A stretch of DNA of 63,069 nucleotides, counting the filler, from Globobulimina sp. (Eukaryota), in assembly GCA_003354225.1 (NCBI GenBank). It is 41 parts of 41 records of this genome, joined end to end, with 100 filler letters (N's around TTAATTAATTAA, not from the genome) between each part and the next. Parts side by side here need not be neighbours in the genome. Positions count along the whole stretch, not along the records: positions 12,336 to 13,776 come from PIVH01016614.1; positions 13,877 to 15,317 come from PIVH01016615.1; positions 15,418 to 16,858 come from PIVH01016616.1; positions 16,959 to 18,399 come from PIVH01016617.1; positions 18,500 to 19,940 come from PIVH01016618.1; positions 20,041 to 21,481 come from PIVH01016619.1; positions 21,582 to 23,022 come from PIVH01016620.1; positions 23,123 to 24,563 come from PIVH01016621.1; 33 more parts are not named here. One strand, 5' to 3'. The notes beneath the pieces are model-generated. The model made no database searches, was not told the origin of the DNA, and saw nothing but the letters and a program-made list of their open reading frames with translations. The number at the start of each line of letters is the position of its first letter. Position 1 is the stretch's first letter. Position numbers and translations under genes: made by a program. Shown here one piece after another: positions 12,614 through 24,663 of the stretch.

Positions 12614-13776
12614 ATGCACGTCATCACCATATTATTATTACTGTATCTTGCACAGATATCAACTTGTAATGGAGCACAATGTTCCTCTTTACATACCTCA
12701 ACATTATGTACACGAAACCCATCATGCGATTGGAATAATAATACAGATGCATGCTATTGCTCTGTAGACACACCACTGGATATAATGTTTATGTTGGATG
12801 AGTCCACCTCAATGGGCGATGCAGGATTTCTCGACGAAAAGAGTTTTGTAGCATCCATGATAGAAAGTGGTGTATCTGAATCATCAAACATTCATATTGC
12901 CAAATTCAGTAAAAAAATGAGAAACGTTTATAACTTCACAGAGGATCAAAGTATGAATGAATTGGCAAAAGCTGCTGTAATTGGCACACCTTACGATGCG
13001 ATGGGAAACACTCGAACCTTAACAGCTGTACAATATGCAATCAATGTGTTTTCAGAGTGGGGCGGTACAAATGATCGCTTATTTGTGTTTTTATCCGATG
13101 GTCGGCCCTATCCACGGCCAGAATATTCGCCATGTCCAAAGGTAAAGGAATTGCATGAAACAGTCGCTGGCAATGTATTGATAATTGGCTTAGGCACAAG
13201 ATGGAGATTGCAAGATATTGAATGTATGGTTATACCGGGCTATGATTACGATAATGTGGACCCGTCGGCTGTGGCAGACCTAACGCGCGTCATTGATGTA
13301 CCTGATTGGAGCGAGGAACAATTTGCCGCAGCAAACATAGTGTCGCAATCATTTTTGTGTCCAAATTCTTTCAGTTTAAAATTGACAGAAATCCATATTG
13401 AAGAATGGAACCACATTTATCATCCACGTTTTATTGAATATTATAATGACGGGGTGCATGGTTTAGATTTATCTGTAAACAATTTACGCTTTGAAGGGTT
13501 TATGACATCAGATGTATTTGGTGTGACTGCCAACTCACAATGCAACATTACAATAGCAAAGCAACAATATGTCGTATTCTACGATCCGAAGGCACATCGA
13601 CCAAATTGTCCTGGTTGTAATTGTACGTTATATGGACCACATTTATGGTGCGATGCTGCGTTGTATGTTGCATGCGATTCAGATGCAAATACGTCTGGAT
13701 GCGGTAATTGTTCGTGGGATACTTCTATGGTACGTTGCATATTAAATTATATATATCGATCATGTTATGTTAAATT
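12614..13776 (+). CDS. Secreted VWA-domain protein with Cys-rich regions (partial)
   Basis: Signal peptide MHVITILLLL, MIDAS-like DESTS, VFLSDG, then a lamin-tail-like segment 'LTEI...FIEYYN'. Confidence 0.8.
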
Positions 13777-14142
13777 NNNNNNNNNNNNNNNNNNNNNNNN
13801 NNNNNNNNNNNNNNNNNNNNTTAATTAATTAANNNNNNNNNNNNNNNNNNNNNNNNNNNNNNNNNNNNNNNNNNNNGTGTTTCCCTCATGATCATTTTTG
13901 CTAAAATGTGGCACAAATATTGCATGCTTCCATGGTTTCATGCAATGCAATAAAACTATATCTCCTGCCATCATGGATACAGTCTTACGAGCTATTGGTT
14001 TAATTTTTAATTCTGCCAAATATTTAATGTATGGAAGTCTTGTAATAAGAGTGTACAGAATGATGAATAATGCAATATAGAATCTGTAATTAAAATAAAA
14101 CTATTTTTTGGATCGATATCGATATTCCTATATTTTACTGTG

Positions 14143-14286
14143 TTTTGTTATGAGTTTGGGATATTAACGATATTTCTATATTTTACTATTCCACGTCGCT
14201 TTGGCTATGGAATTAAATGAAGTGCAAATCAAACAATTTGATGTGATGCTGAAATATTTGCATACATAAAATGAGATTGGTATCGA
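14143..14286 (+). pseudogene. Decayed fragment of a TBC-domain gene
   Basis: Aligns by eye to about 11599-11792 of this window, with several deletions and a CAA>TAA stop. Confidence 0.8.
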
Positions 14287-15417
14287 CAGAATTTTTAAAA
14301 AATCAGTACTTATCGGAGAGGCCTATTGAAAGAAACGCATTAAACGATATATTGCAAAAGATAACCACCATCTGGTCGATAAGTTGTATACATTTTATTC
14401 AATTATCTGAGAAACGCTTTGCAAATTCAGAAACTTCTGAATTTTCCACAGTACTAACTTTTTTTGCCACGTCTACCTTGCCACCATCGCAGTTTAGTAT
14501 AGTCCATGGAAAGAAATAGAAACTGATTTAAATACGACATTTATATTATATGCATTCCACGTGCGATGTGATTATGATAACACTCAAAATGATTACTAAT
14601 TAACTAACCAATTAAAAACGATGATTGCTATTCGTATGCAAGAGAAATATTCGCATTCATCAAATCAATCGCATCGATATCATCCACGACATTTCCGACC
14701 GCAACTCGGTGCTATGATTGCTACGAAACAATCAATAGTAACTCAGGTGTCTATAGTTTGAAACTGAAAAAAACACGCATTTTTTCAGCATATCGGTTGG
14801 AACTGAAATAAGATAAATTATTCGGTTTCAAACTAAAAAACATGTAAAATTACACATATTAATGTATACAAAACATATGCATCCGACATAAAATAACGAC
14901 AACATATTTATTCACAACATGTGTATGGCCTAAATACCACACAATTATTACCAAGGGCGTACATCACGTAATTTTTGAATGCTATCACATCCACAATGCA
15001 ATGAATGCATATAATATAATATAATATAACATGATTTGCATAATGTATATGTGTATAAAATCTGAGATTGTCCGACCGCTCTCAAAGTTTTTTTTTTAGT
15101 TATTGCGTTTGCACAGTTGAATGGGTGTAAGTTTATGGAAGTTAATTATTGAAAGGTAATGATTTCTCAAATTAAATCGTACGTCGCCACATTTAAATAA
15201 TATAATCAATTGCAACAATATTATAGTAATTATTTTGAAGAATTACGTGGTATGTCACATGGTTCGGGACGTATTTAATGAGGATATATTTATAGGTCAT
15301 GGACACAATGAAGATGGNNNNNNNNNNNNNNNNNNNNNNNNNNNNNNNNNNNNNNNNNNNNTTAATTAATTAANNNNNNNNNNNNNNNNNNNNNNNNNNN
15401 NNNNNNNNNNNNNNNNN

Positions 15418-16858
15418 CAGTGGCATTGCGTACATTGCCAGGTGATTCAAGTGGAGTGGCACATGTATTGGAACATACAGTGTTGTGTGGTAGTAAAAAC
15501 TATCCAGTGCGTGATCCATTCTTCCATATGCTCAAAAGGTCATTAAATACATTTATGAATGCTATGACTTCTGCAGATTGGACTTGTTATCCCTTTGCTA
15601 CACAAAATGAACAAGATTATCATAACTTAATCTCTGTCTATTTAGATAGTGTATTCTTTCCAAATCTAAATGAGTTGGATTTCATGCAAGAAGGACATAG
15701 GTTTGAATTTGCTGAAATGAATGATGATAATTCCGAATTATTGTATAAAGGGGTCGTTTATAACGAAATGAAAGGAGTTATGAGCGATCCAAGTGATATT
15801 TTTGCACATAATTTACAGAAAAACTTATTTCCTGACAACTTATATCAACATAATTTTGGTGGAAATCCGCCAGAAATCCCCAAGTTGACACATAAAAATT
15901 TAGTAGATTTTCATAAAAAATTTTATCATCCTTCCAATGCAATATTTTATAGTTATGGTGATTTAGGAGCACAATTAAACGAAATCAACGACTTAATTTT
16001 ATCTAAATTTAGGTATGATATATTTGCAAATAATTTGTTTTCAGATTACTTCTTTGTAACTGCTATCATAGCAAATTAGATACTGACGATATTGACAAAT
16101 CAATTGGTATAAAACAAGAGTTGTTCGAGGAAGCAAAGTACTTTGAAGCAACCAGCCCGGAAGATACAATCATCGCTGATCCACATCAACAAAATAAGCT
16201 ATGTCTCTCATGGATCTGTAATGATGTCTCAGATTTCGAAGATACATTTGGTTTAACTGTCTTATCGCAGTTATTATTATCTGGGCCAAATGCACCGTTT
16301 TACGAATCATTAATTAAACCAAACATTGGTTACGGCTATGCCTCAGCCACTGGCTATACCATGGATGCAGTACAGGGCTCCTTTTGTGTGGGCTTAAATA
16401 ATATAAAAGAAGAAGATATCCCTCGCGTTGAGAAAATAATATTAAAAACGCTGAATGATTGTATCAATAAAGGCTTTGATAAAGAAAGAATTGAAGCCGT
16501 ATTGCATCAGTTTGAAATGGATCAAAAACATCGTTCTGGTACATTTGGGTTAAATTTATTATTCAGAATGATTTCGTTAATTACACATCGAGTATATACA
16601 CCTATGCAGACACCCATTCCTGCATTACAAATTGACAAATTATTGCAAAACATCAAAGATAAAATACTTTCTGAGCAGCCATCCGATATTAAATACTTTG
16701 AAAACTTAATCCAGAAATATATGATAGATAATACGCACCGCATTAGCGTGGTTATGAAACCAGATAAAGAATATCTGAATAAGTTAAAAAATGAAGAAAA
16801 ACAAAAATTATTGGATATCGAGGCAGCCTTAAGTGATGATTCAAAAAAAGCGATTCGC
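15418..16858 (+). CDS. PITRM1: Presequence protease (peptidase M16C, PreP/Cym1), partial
   Basis: GVAHVLEHTVLCGS (HxxEH), RDPFF, RSLNTFMNAMT, GVVYNEMKG; intron 16013-16071. Confidence 0.93.
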
Positions 16859-16958
16859 NNNNNNNNNNNNNNNNNNNNNNNNNNNNNNNNNNNNNNNNNN
16901 NNTTAATTAATTAANNNNNNNNNNNNNNNNNNNNNNNNNNNNNNNNNNNNNNNNNNNN

Positions 16959-17047
16959 CAACGAATGCAATTATAAAATGATCCACGTTCAGCTGATTCA
17001 TATATTAATTCGCCATCACCTGTATCATACTCCATTTTTTGCGCCAT
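16959..17047 (-). CDS. 5' end of a divergent gene (MAQKMEYDTGDGELIYESAERG...)
   Basis: ATG-started frame open to the contig edge. Confidence 0.4.
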
Positions 17048-17099
17048 TCTTACTTGAAAGTTGAAACCTTTTCAGTTAAAAATTAAAATCTGTCTAACA

Positions 17100-17882
17100 A
17101 TGCGCGTCGCAGTTGGTACTGGTTCAAATTTCAAACACCGCACATTTCAGTCAACAGGAATTGGACTACAGCGTGACGCCTCAGATAAAAATAATTTACC
17201 AATCTGGAAAAAACAATTGTTTAATAGAGCTAGAAACCGATCAAAACAACACAGAGAATCTTTATTAAAACGCTTAAAAAAGCAGAAAAATCCTAAAAAT
17301 GTAAATAATACAATAGATTCATTTAAAAATTCATTAATTGAGCATGAGATGAAAGAATTTATGGAAGAGAAACAGAAAGAGAATGATAATCAATATAAGG
17401 CAATATTTAGTGAGTTAGCACAGTATTTGGAAGAGACAGAATTATCAGATTTAAGAGAATCTGTTCTTAAATCTTTAGAAGAAAAAGAAAAAGATCAAGA
17501 AAACGACTTATTTGAAGAGATTATTGCCAATGAAGATATTTGTTGTCCCATTTGTTGTAAAGATCAGATTGAGATCGAATTTGTCAATGCCAATGCCAAT
17601 AATAATAGCAATCCAATGCCTATTTATTCGTGTTTATGCGGTGTTAAATTCCGGCCAAATGCCGACATATCGTCTCTAATTTCCCACCACAGCCACTCTA
17701 ATTTACATGTTCAAATTGGACAGAAAATGTTAAAAATGTTAAAAAATACATTACAAAATTTAATGACTTATCATTCGCAACAATTACACTGTGCACAGCA
17801 ATTAAATTTTGCTGTTATTCCAGAAACCGGGTATTTGCAATGTTGGTGTTGTCAATGTAATTGTAATGAAATTGTTATTTGA
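17100..17882 (+). CDS. RPA-interacting protein (RIP/RPAIN-like)
   Basis: N-terminal WK..L..R...R...HRESLL, and C-terminal CPIC, CLCG, H...HC and CCQC..EIVI zinc-binding pattern. Confidence 0.7.
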   Translation: MRVAVGTGSNFKHRTFQSTGIGLQRDASDKNNLPIWKKQLFNRARNRSKQHRESLLKRLKKQKNPKNVNNTIDSFKNSLIEHEMKEFMEEKQKENDNQYKAIFSELAQYLEETELSDLRESVLKSLEEKEKDQENDLFEEIIANEDICCPICCKDQIEIEFVNANANNNSNPMPIYSCLCGVKFRPNADISSLISHHSHSNLHVQIGQKMLKMLKNTLQNLMTYHSQQLHCAQQLNFAVIPETGYLQCWCCQCNCNEIVI

Positions 17883-18152
17883 TAATTTATTTAATTAAAC
17901 ACCCTCTGACATTTTTTGAGTGATTAAAATTATATGGATACGTTTCAAAAAGTGAATCATTGGGATTCGTCACCGGCTCTTAACATTTCAACAACTCACT
18001 TGAAACTGGAACTATTTCATACAAAAGTTTCCGAGTGGATGTGATGCAGATGTCTCATACATATTATATTGCAAGAAAGTCAATACGATTTAAATACCTT
18101 TTGTACATGTTTGAAACTAAAAAAAACAACAAATATCCTCGCACTTTTAAAA

Positions 18153-18399
18153 TTATTTTGGCAATGCAAAGTTTTGTCTTCTTTCCATTTCTTTGCGATA
18201 AGAGTACCAACCGGCACCACATAAAGCGACACAAACACCAAATAATTTCTGCATCATCCAACTTGATTCGATAAATAGCAACGATCCAAATATAGTAACG
18301 GCCTGTTTGCTGTTTGCCATTACACCCATCGATGTGGCCGACGTTCTCTTCACAGTGCCAATACTCGCCACATTGACCGCGAATGCCATAACACCGCCA
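18153..18399 (-). CDS. Triose-phosphate/nucleotide-sugar transporter family, C-terminus
   Basis: AFAVNVAS...TSATSMGVMANSKQAVTI...GAGWYS. Confidence 0.75.
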
Positions 18400-18733
18400 N
18401 NNNNNNNNNNNNNNNNNNNNNNNNNNNNNNNNNNNNNNNNNNNTTAATTAATTAANNNNNNNNNNNNNNNNNNNNNNNNNNNNNNNNNNNNNNNNNNNNT
18501 CATATTGTTCAATTTTTTGGCACATCAAACAGAACATGGCTTGATAAATGGGCCAAAATTCAAATAATTGATCTTGGCAAACTTCAAAATAAAAATTCCG
18601 AGCCATAGATTTAATGTACAGATCTCGCAAAAACACTGTGATTTCCGGACTTTTGTTTCAATGTTGATAATATATACATTATTGTAAAATAAATACGAAT
18701 GCAACAAAGTTGAAATTATTAAATAAGACTAAA

Positions 18734-19940
18734 TTAACGTTTCGAATTAAGTTTTCGTTGGTATATATTTCTTTGAATCATCATATACCACGCAACTAAC
18801 AATTGCAACAAAAAAATAATTGCATTAACCCTCGATAACACTGCAAATGAAGTTTTATTGACAATATCTGGTCCGACAATTGTTCCAATCATTGATGATA
18901 AGTTGATGAACAATAAAAATATCAATGAACATATGCTCTCATATCCATTGGGCGAAAAATGTAATGTGCAAACAATTGCATTTAAAATAATCATATCTTT
19001 AAACAACGCATAAAAATAAATTAAAACTAAAATTAATATCTCATTATAAACTTTCATATCCAATAATATTGCATAAAAAACAGAAGCAAAAACAGTCCCA
19101 AATGATCCAACTAATACAAAAAATGAGTTTGAATAATATTTGATAAATAAAATTGTTACTATCAATGCTGTCAATTCACCTCCATTCATTGTTAATGTTT
19201 GTAATCCTAACTTTTTGTTTGAAAATAAAAATAAAATAAAATAAAAATTATTATATATTAAAATACATACTGTTTGAGCATTTAAATCAAACCGATGAGT
19301 TAAATCAGGACCAAACGTTGAATAAAACATAATATAAGGAAATTGTGTCAATATTATTGTTAAATATAATAAATATAAATGATATCTATGTTTATTATTA
19401 TTATTGCCGGTATTATTCATAATTCGTTTGCTTGCAATTGGTTGATGCAAATGTGATGCATTATAAACAGATATTTTTGGTAAAACACAAAAGCTGGTTA
19501 TCGCACAAAAAAAAGATACTCCACTTAAGATTTTCCAACATAAATTAATTGAATAACTTGCTAAAATATAGCCAATCGGAACAAACGATAATGTAGAAAA
19601 TAATGACGACGACTCATGAATAATTATAGCAAATGTTCGTTTATTTTTATTTTTAAAAAATGCCCCAATTGATCCTGTAATTTGACTCCATGCCAAAGCT
19701 CCCAATATCCCGTTTATTAAACGAATCACGAAAAGCATAGTGAATGAGGTTGATATGGTATGGCTTAATTGGATGATACCATTCAATATAAATATGAAAC
19801 CTAATGAAATGCGAATCGATATTTTATTAAAATGAATGCATGGAATTAATATAAATAGAATTGTTAGAAATGAACCAAAATCATATGACGATGTAATAAA
19901 TGAAAATTTTAGCATCGGGATACCGTAATAAGTCGCAAGA
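18734..19940 (-). CDS. MFS transporter (partial, with a probable retained intron near 19215-19270)
   Basis: Many TM helices; 'FVIRLINGILG' motif. Confidence 0.7.
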
Positions 19941-20137
19941 NNNNNNNNNNNNNNNNNNNNNNNNNNNNNNNNNNNNNNNNNNNNTTAATTAATTAANNNN
20001 NNNNNNNNNNNNNNNNNNNNNNNNNNNNNNNNNNNNNNNNGATCGAGTGTCATTGACTCTAAAGGGGTTTTTTTGTTCAAACACATTTCCTACATCGAGC
20101 TAAACAGAGTCCACATCGAGCCAGTCAATTAATTGTC

Positions 20138-21252
20138 ATGCAAGAGCGCACTGTTAGAATACTTGTGGCTGCACTACTGTTATTAGCAGTAATTTCTACA
20201 TATTTAGTGCATTGCGAATCTGGTAATAATGCCATATCCATTCCACACAATTATTTTTCACATCCAATATTAACGGTTGAATATGTTATGAAAAGACCAT
20301 ATTTTTTCAAAAATTTAACAAGAATGGAAATTGGTATATGGGTAAATCATTTATTATATCCAATATTTGACAAAATAAAATATCCCCGCAATTTCTGGTT
20401 AAATGGTTGTGTTAATCCAAATAATTATCACGGAAAAATCAGACAATGTCAAATCAAAGTAGCTGACCGTTTATTTAGAAGCTGTATGGTTTTTGCTGGA
20501 GTAAAACCAATAACAGCAGCATTATTGACAGATCAATGTTATTCGACTGTTTATAAAGATGTTAAACATATCGCGCGCATTATAACCACATATTTATCAA
20601 ATCAATATTTATCGAATCCAGTGCCAGGATCGCAAAATTATAATATTTTAAAAGGTGCGGGCAATTTTGCAAATTTCCCCAACACTGTTTATGCTGGAGA
20701 TGTTACCAAGGTGCAAAGCAGTGTTTTGTTTAATTATTATATATTTTTGATTTTTTTTGTTAATAATAGATTAAAATTAGGAGACCAAAACATGACCAGC
20801 GACAGTATTATTGTGGACATCATCATATGCACAGCGTTGGTTTTCTATGTTTTGTGGATGGACATGGTATTTGTAGGGCGGTTCATGGGCCAGAAATTGG
20901 TCGAAAAAATGATATTTGTTGTTGGTTTGATTCAGATTTTTCAAATAACATTGGCGGCCTTATTGCAAATGGCGACAATATTTTGTTTGATGGAGCATAT
21001 AGATATGTGGCTGATTATTTTCTTACACCTTTTCCTGGCCGTGTTACCCCTGAGTCGGTTGAAGGGCAATGGAATAAGTTACAAGCTCAAGCACGAGTAT
21101 TGGTTGAGAATTATTTTGGTATTCTCAAGCGTCACTGGCAAATTTTTGGATTAAAATATCCGTTTAGAAGGAATCGAATTGGAATTTTTTTCAGAAGTTG
21201 TTGCATTTTAACAAATATCATCAATATGTATCAATCACCTATGAGACGATGA
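20138..21252 (+). mobile_element. PIF/Harbinger-type DDE transposase (DDE_Tnp_4/HARBI1-like), two exons, about 351 aa
   Basis: Intron 20711-20769 gives YAGDVTK|IKIRRP..YYCGHHHMHS, GRKND, LFDGAY and QARVLVENYFGILK; the D-D-E triad is intact. Confidence 0.85.
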
Positions 21253-21581
21253 ATATTTTTAGATTGTGGTTTGCTATCCATTTTTTTATGTGTATTTTTG
21301 TGTCATATAATTAAATTGAAACCCACTGTCTTTCTTTCCTTTTATTTCAATAATATTCTTTCCGAAATATTGCATATTCCAGTTTGAGATTTCAAATTAA
21401 AATGTTGAAACTAAAAAAATTAAACTGATTTTTTAGTTTCAGCTTTAAACTGAAAATTCAATGTTTTAATTCGTAAAAAAANNNNNNNNNNNNNNNNNNN
21501 NNNNNNNNNNNNNNNNNNNNNNNNNTTAATTAATTAANNNNNNNNNNNNNNNNNNNNNNNNNNNNNNNNNNNNNNNNNNNN

Positions 21582-22958
21582 AATATTGGACGAAAGTGAT
21601 ACAAATTGGCCAAGTTCAAGACTCACGCAACTATTAAATGCGTCTCATCATTTATTATCTTATCATGATGATAAGTGTAGCTTTGATGCAATTAATCGAT
21701 ATTTAGTGGATAAATATGAACGGGATTGTGATGTTTCCAAATGTCTCTATCTTGATAACTCAAGTAACTGTGTTCGGGATGAATTGCATTGTTATTATTT
21801 TCATGCTTATCATAATGGGATGAGACAAAGACCACAAAATGATCAGCTGAGCAATGTGAAAGTGAAACCATTGTATAATACAACATATGGTGCTATGGAT
21901 TCTTCCAATGTGAAGGCAATAAAAGCAAAATTTGCCTTAGATATTGATGTAGTGTATAAGACAAAGACGAATAGTATGTATAGTTTTGGTCAGAGGTTTA
22001 TGTATTTGGAAAGCAAGAGTGATGATTATGGCGATGGTGGAGAATTGCAAGTTGCTGCAAAATACGATAACATACAGCAAGAGGTATGACTATATTCTTT
22101 ATATTATGAGAAGTAACCTTATCTCAATTCAACCAGTATTAAATAATCAAATATCTGTGATTGATAAATCTGAATGGAATAAATTAAATGCGCAGTCAAC
22201 ATGTTATTTAGAGACTGATTATGTTAAATGCATGCAAAGGTAATAATTATTTAGAGACGCAAGGCAAAGGTAATAATTTTATATCCCATGAATACATCAT
22301 ATCAATATTACTGTATTGTAATTTTGATACATTTCAAAGAAAATGGAGTGAAACATTTCGCAAAATACCATCCAAAGAACCAAACGAATCATTATTAGAA
22401 AGACATTCAAATTTTTATCATTGCAGCAAATCATTGTGAGAGTTTGTAGAAATATTTGGTTTATTGTCGACTGAAAATGAAAAGAAGGTTTTTTATCATG
22501 GTGTTAATAAACAACTTTATTTTTACTGTACAATTGCACAATTTAATGCACCGTTGTCGACATCCACAGAATGTATAGTTGCAATGCAATTTACTGGACA
22601 AAACGGTTTGATATTGGAACTATCATATTGTGGTTCACCGTTTCCATTAAATGCAAGATATTTTGAATGTTGTTATTTTAGTACGTTTGTTGCAGAAAAG
22701 GAATGTTTGTTCATTGGAGGTATCCCTTTGTTACAAATCATGAATATAATTAATGTTGGAAGCAATAATGAATTTTATCGTAAATATCTCAATGCATTGA
22801 ATCTGATCACATCAGTTATGAATGGTGCGCATAATAATTATAATAAAATGACTTATTGTAAAAGCGATGATGATTTATGTTGCAATTTATTGCAAAAACA
22901 AATTGAAAATGAATATTGCAATAATACCACTCAAGTAATAATTTTTTGGTGCGAATGA
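21582..22958 (+). pseudogene. ADP-ribosyltransferase-like domain gene, disrupted
   Basis: ILLYCN, FYHGVN, PLSTST, GLILEL, AEKECLFIGG; frameshifting insertion at 22234-22258 and in-frame TGA at 22437-22439. Confidence 0.65.
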
Positions 22959-23253
22959 ATTTGAAAATATTAAAAGTTTTCTATGTGACCGTTATGAGCG
23001 GGATGATGTGGATTTTTTTGATNNNNNNNNNNNNNNNNNNNNNNNNNNNNNNNNNNNNNNNNNNNNTTAATTAATTAANNNNNNNNNNNNNNNNNNNNNN
23101 NNNNNNNNNNNNNNNNNNNNNNTTTATTATTCCAAACATTCAATCTGATGATGTTTGAAATTGCTACAAATTGATGTCTGTACAATTGACTATCATTGAT
23201 TGGATATGTTGGTTTTAAAGCAGTTTCTTGCCTCATTCTGCAATGTGTAATGT

Positions 23254-23721
23254 TTAGAGCTTTGGATAGAGCGAATCTGAGGATTTAATATATTTGGTCA
23301 TGAATTGCCATTTCCCTTCGAATAAAGGTTGTATTTTTTTGATGGCTGCTCTATATTTTCTTTCTTCATATAAAATCTCTCCAAAACAACACAAAAGCAA
23401 TGGATGCTGCCATTTTGAGTATGCTCTCTTCAAACACTCCCACGATATGTTGTAATTTCCAATAACATATTGATGGAATCCATTCATACATTGTATTGCT
23501 GGATTGCTTTTACTTTTATTTGAACTTGAAAGTTTCGACAAAGCCACAGAATTTGTCATCAATTTTTTATCTGATAACGATTTCCATTGGCGATATAACG
23601 TCGATTTGACGGTACAGTTTGGAAAATAATGCATTTCTAGCCAGCGGGTATGTAGTTCCATGATAAAGTTTCGATTATTAGAGTTTGACGGCTCTTCGTC
23701 CAGGTGAACATTACTCAACAT
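23254..23721 (-). CDS. Hypothetical protein with a TPR-like segment
   Basis: Helical pattern 'GEILYEERKYRAAIK'. Gene structure unresolved. Confidence 0.35.
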   Translation of the reverse strand: MLSNVHLDEEPSNSNNRNFIMELHTRWLEMHYFPNCTVKSTLYRQWKSLSDKKLMTNSVALSKLSSSNKSKSNPAIQCMNGFHQYVIGNYNISWECLKRAYSKWQHPLLLCCFGEILYEERKYRAAIKKIQPLFEGKWQFMTKYIKSSDSLYPKL

Positions 23722-23930
23722 TTGAGGTTAGCTGCTGAGAAAACTCCGTATTGCCGTGAATGTTTTGTAAGTCCGCCTCAATATTGGTTCATTCAAAAGC
23801 TGTGAAAAAAATGAAAACGATGATAAATACAACCACTGAACAAACAAAATGTGGAAAATTAAAAAAAAAAAAATATCATTTAGGACTGTTGATTGCAATA
23901 ATTTTGATTGTAACATTATACTGAGACAAT

Positions 23931-24348
23931 TTAGTTTTTTCCTGGAGGTGCTGCAATTAACCATATCACGATTATTAATATAAGGATAATAAACGAAATG
24001 AGCGCAATCATTTTCCATTGTTGTAAACAAAAGCTATTTTCATTTTATTTTATGTTTATATATATAAAAAATTCGTGCATAAAATAGTTTTTTTAACTGT
24101 CTCCTTGTTTGTTTAGCACGTTTGTTAAATATTGATGCTTCATTTGATAAGTTTTGAGCTTTGTCATCTAAATCTTCCAATTTATCCCCTCTGTCAATGG
24201 CCAATGCTGAAAATTGCGTATTTTTGTTTTAATTTTTGTATTTTGGCTTTCATAAATTAATAACTAATATACCTATTCCCTGTTGTACAGTTTCTTTAGT
24301 TTTATCTATTTCTGCCTGAACCTCATTCATTTTGTCATTGTTTGCCAT
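23931..24348 (-). CDS. Short R-SNARE (synaptobrevin/VAMP, no longin domain), 95 aa, three exons
   Basis: Exons 24348-24273, 24206-24098 and 24033-23931 give MANNDKMNEVQAEIDKTKETVQQGIALAIDRGDKLEDLDDKAQNL...RHFCLQQWKM plus a C-terminal TM helix. Confidence 0.88.
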
Positions 24349-24663
24349 TTTGCTGTATGGTTGGTCAATGTTTAAAGAGCTATTGATATCAATAGCATGC
24401 ACAGGTTACAATGGTAACTTTTTATTACTAAGTGACACTCACTTTTAATTTAATTCTCAAAAAAAAAAACTGAGTAATGTGTCAGAACGGGAGACAGTTA
24501 TAATTTTCTGTGTGTGCGAGGATACGGATTATTAATATGGATTAAAAAAAAAAAGCATTGTAANNNNNNNNNNNNNNNNNNNNNNNNNNNNNNNNNNNNN
24601 NNNNNNNTTAATTAATTAANNNNNNNNNNNNNNNNNNNNNNNNNNNNNNNNNNNNNNNNNNNN

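Noticed and set aside
22437-23730. Stop-codon reassignment suggested by in-frame TGA (22437) and TAA (23728)
   Set aside because: Conserved genes here end at TAA or TGA and have no internal stops once introns are removed. Local decay explains these cases.
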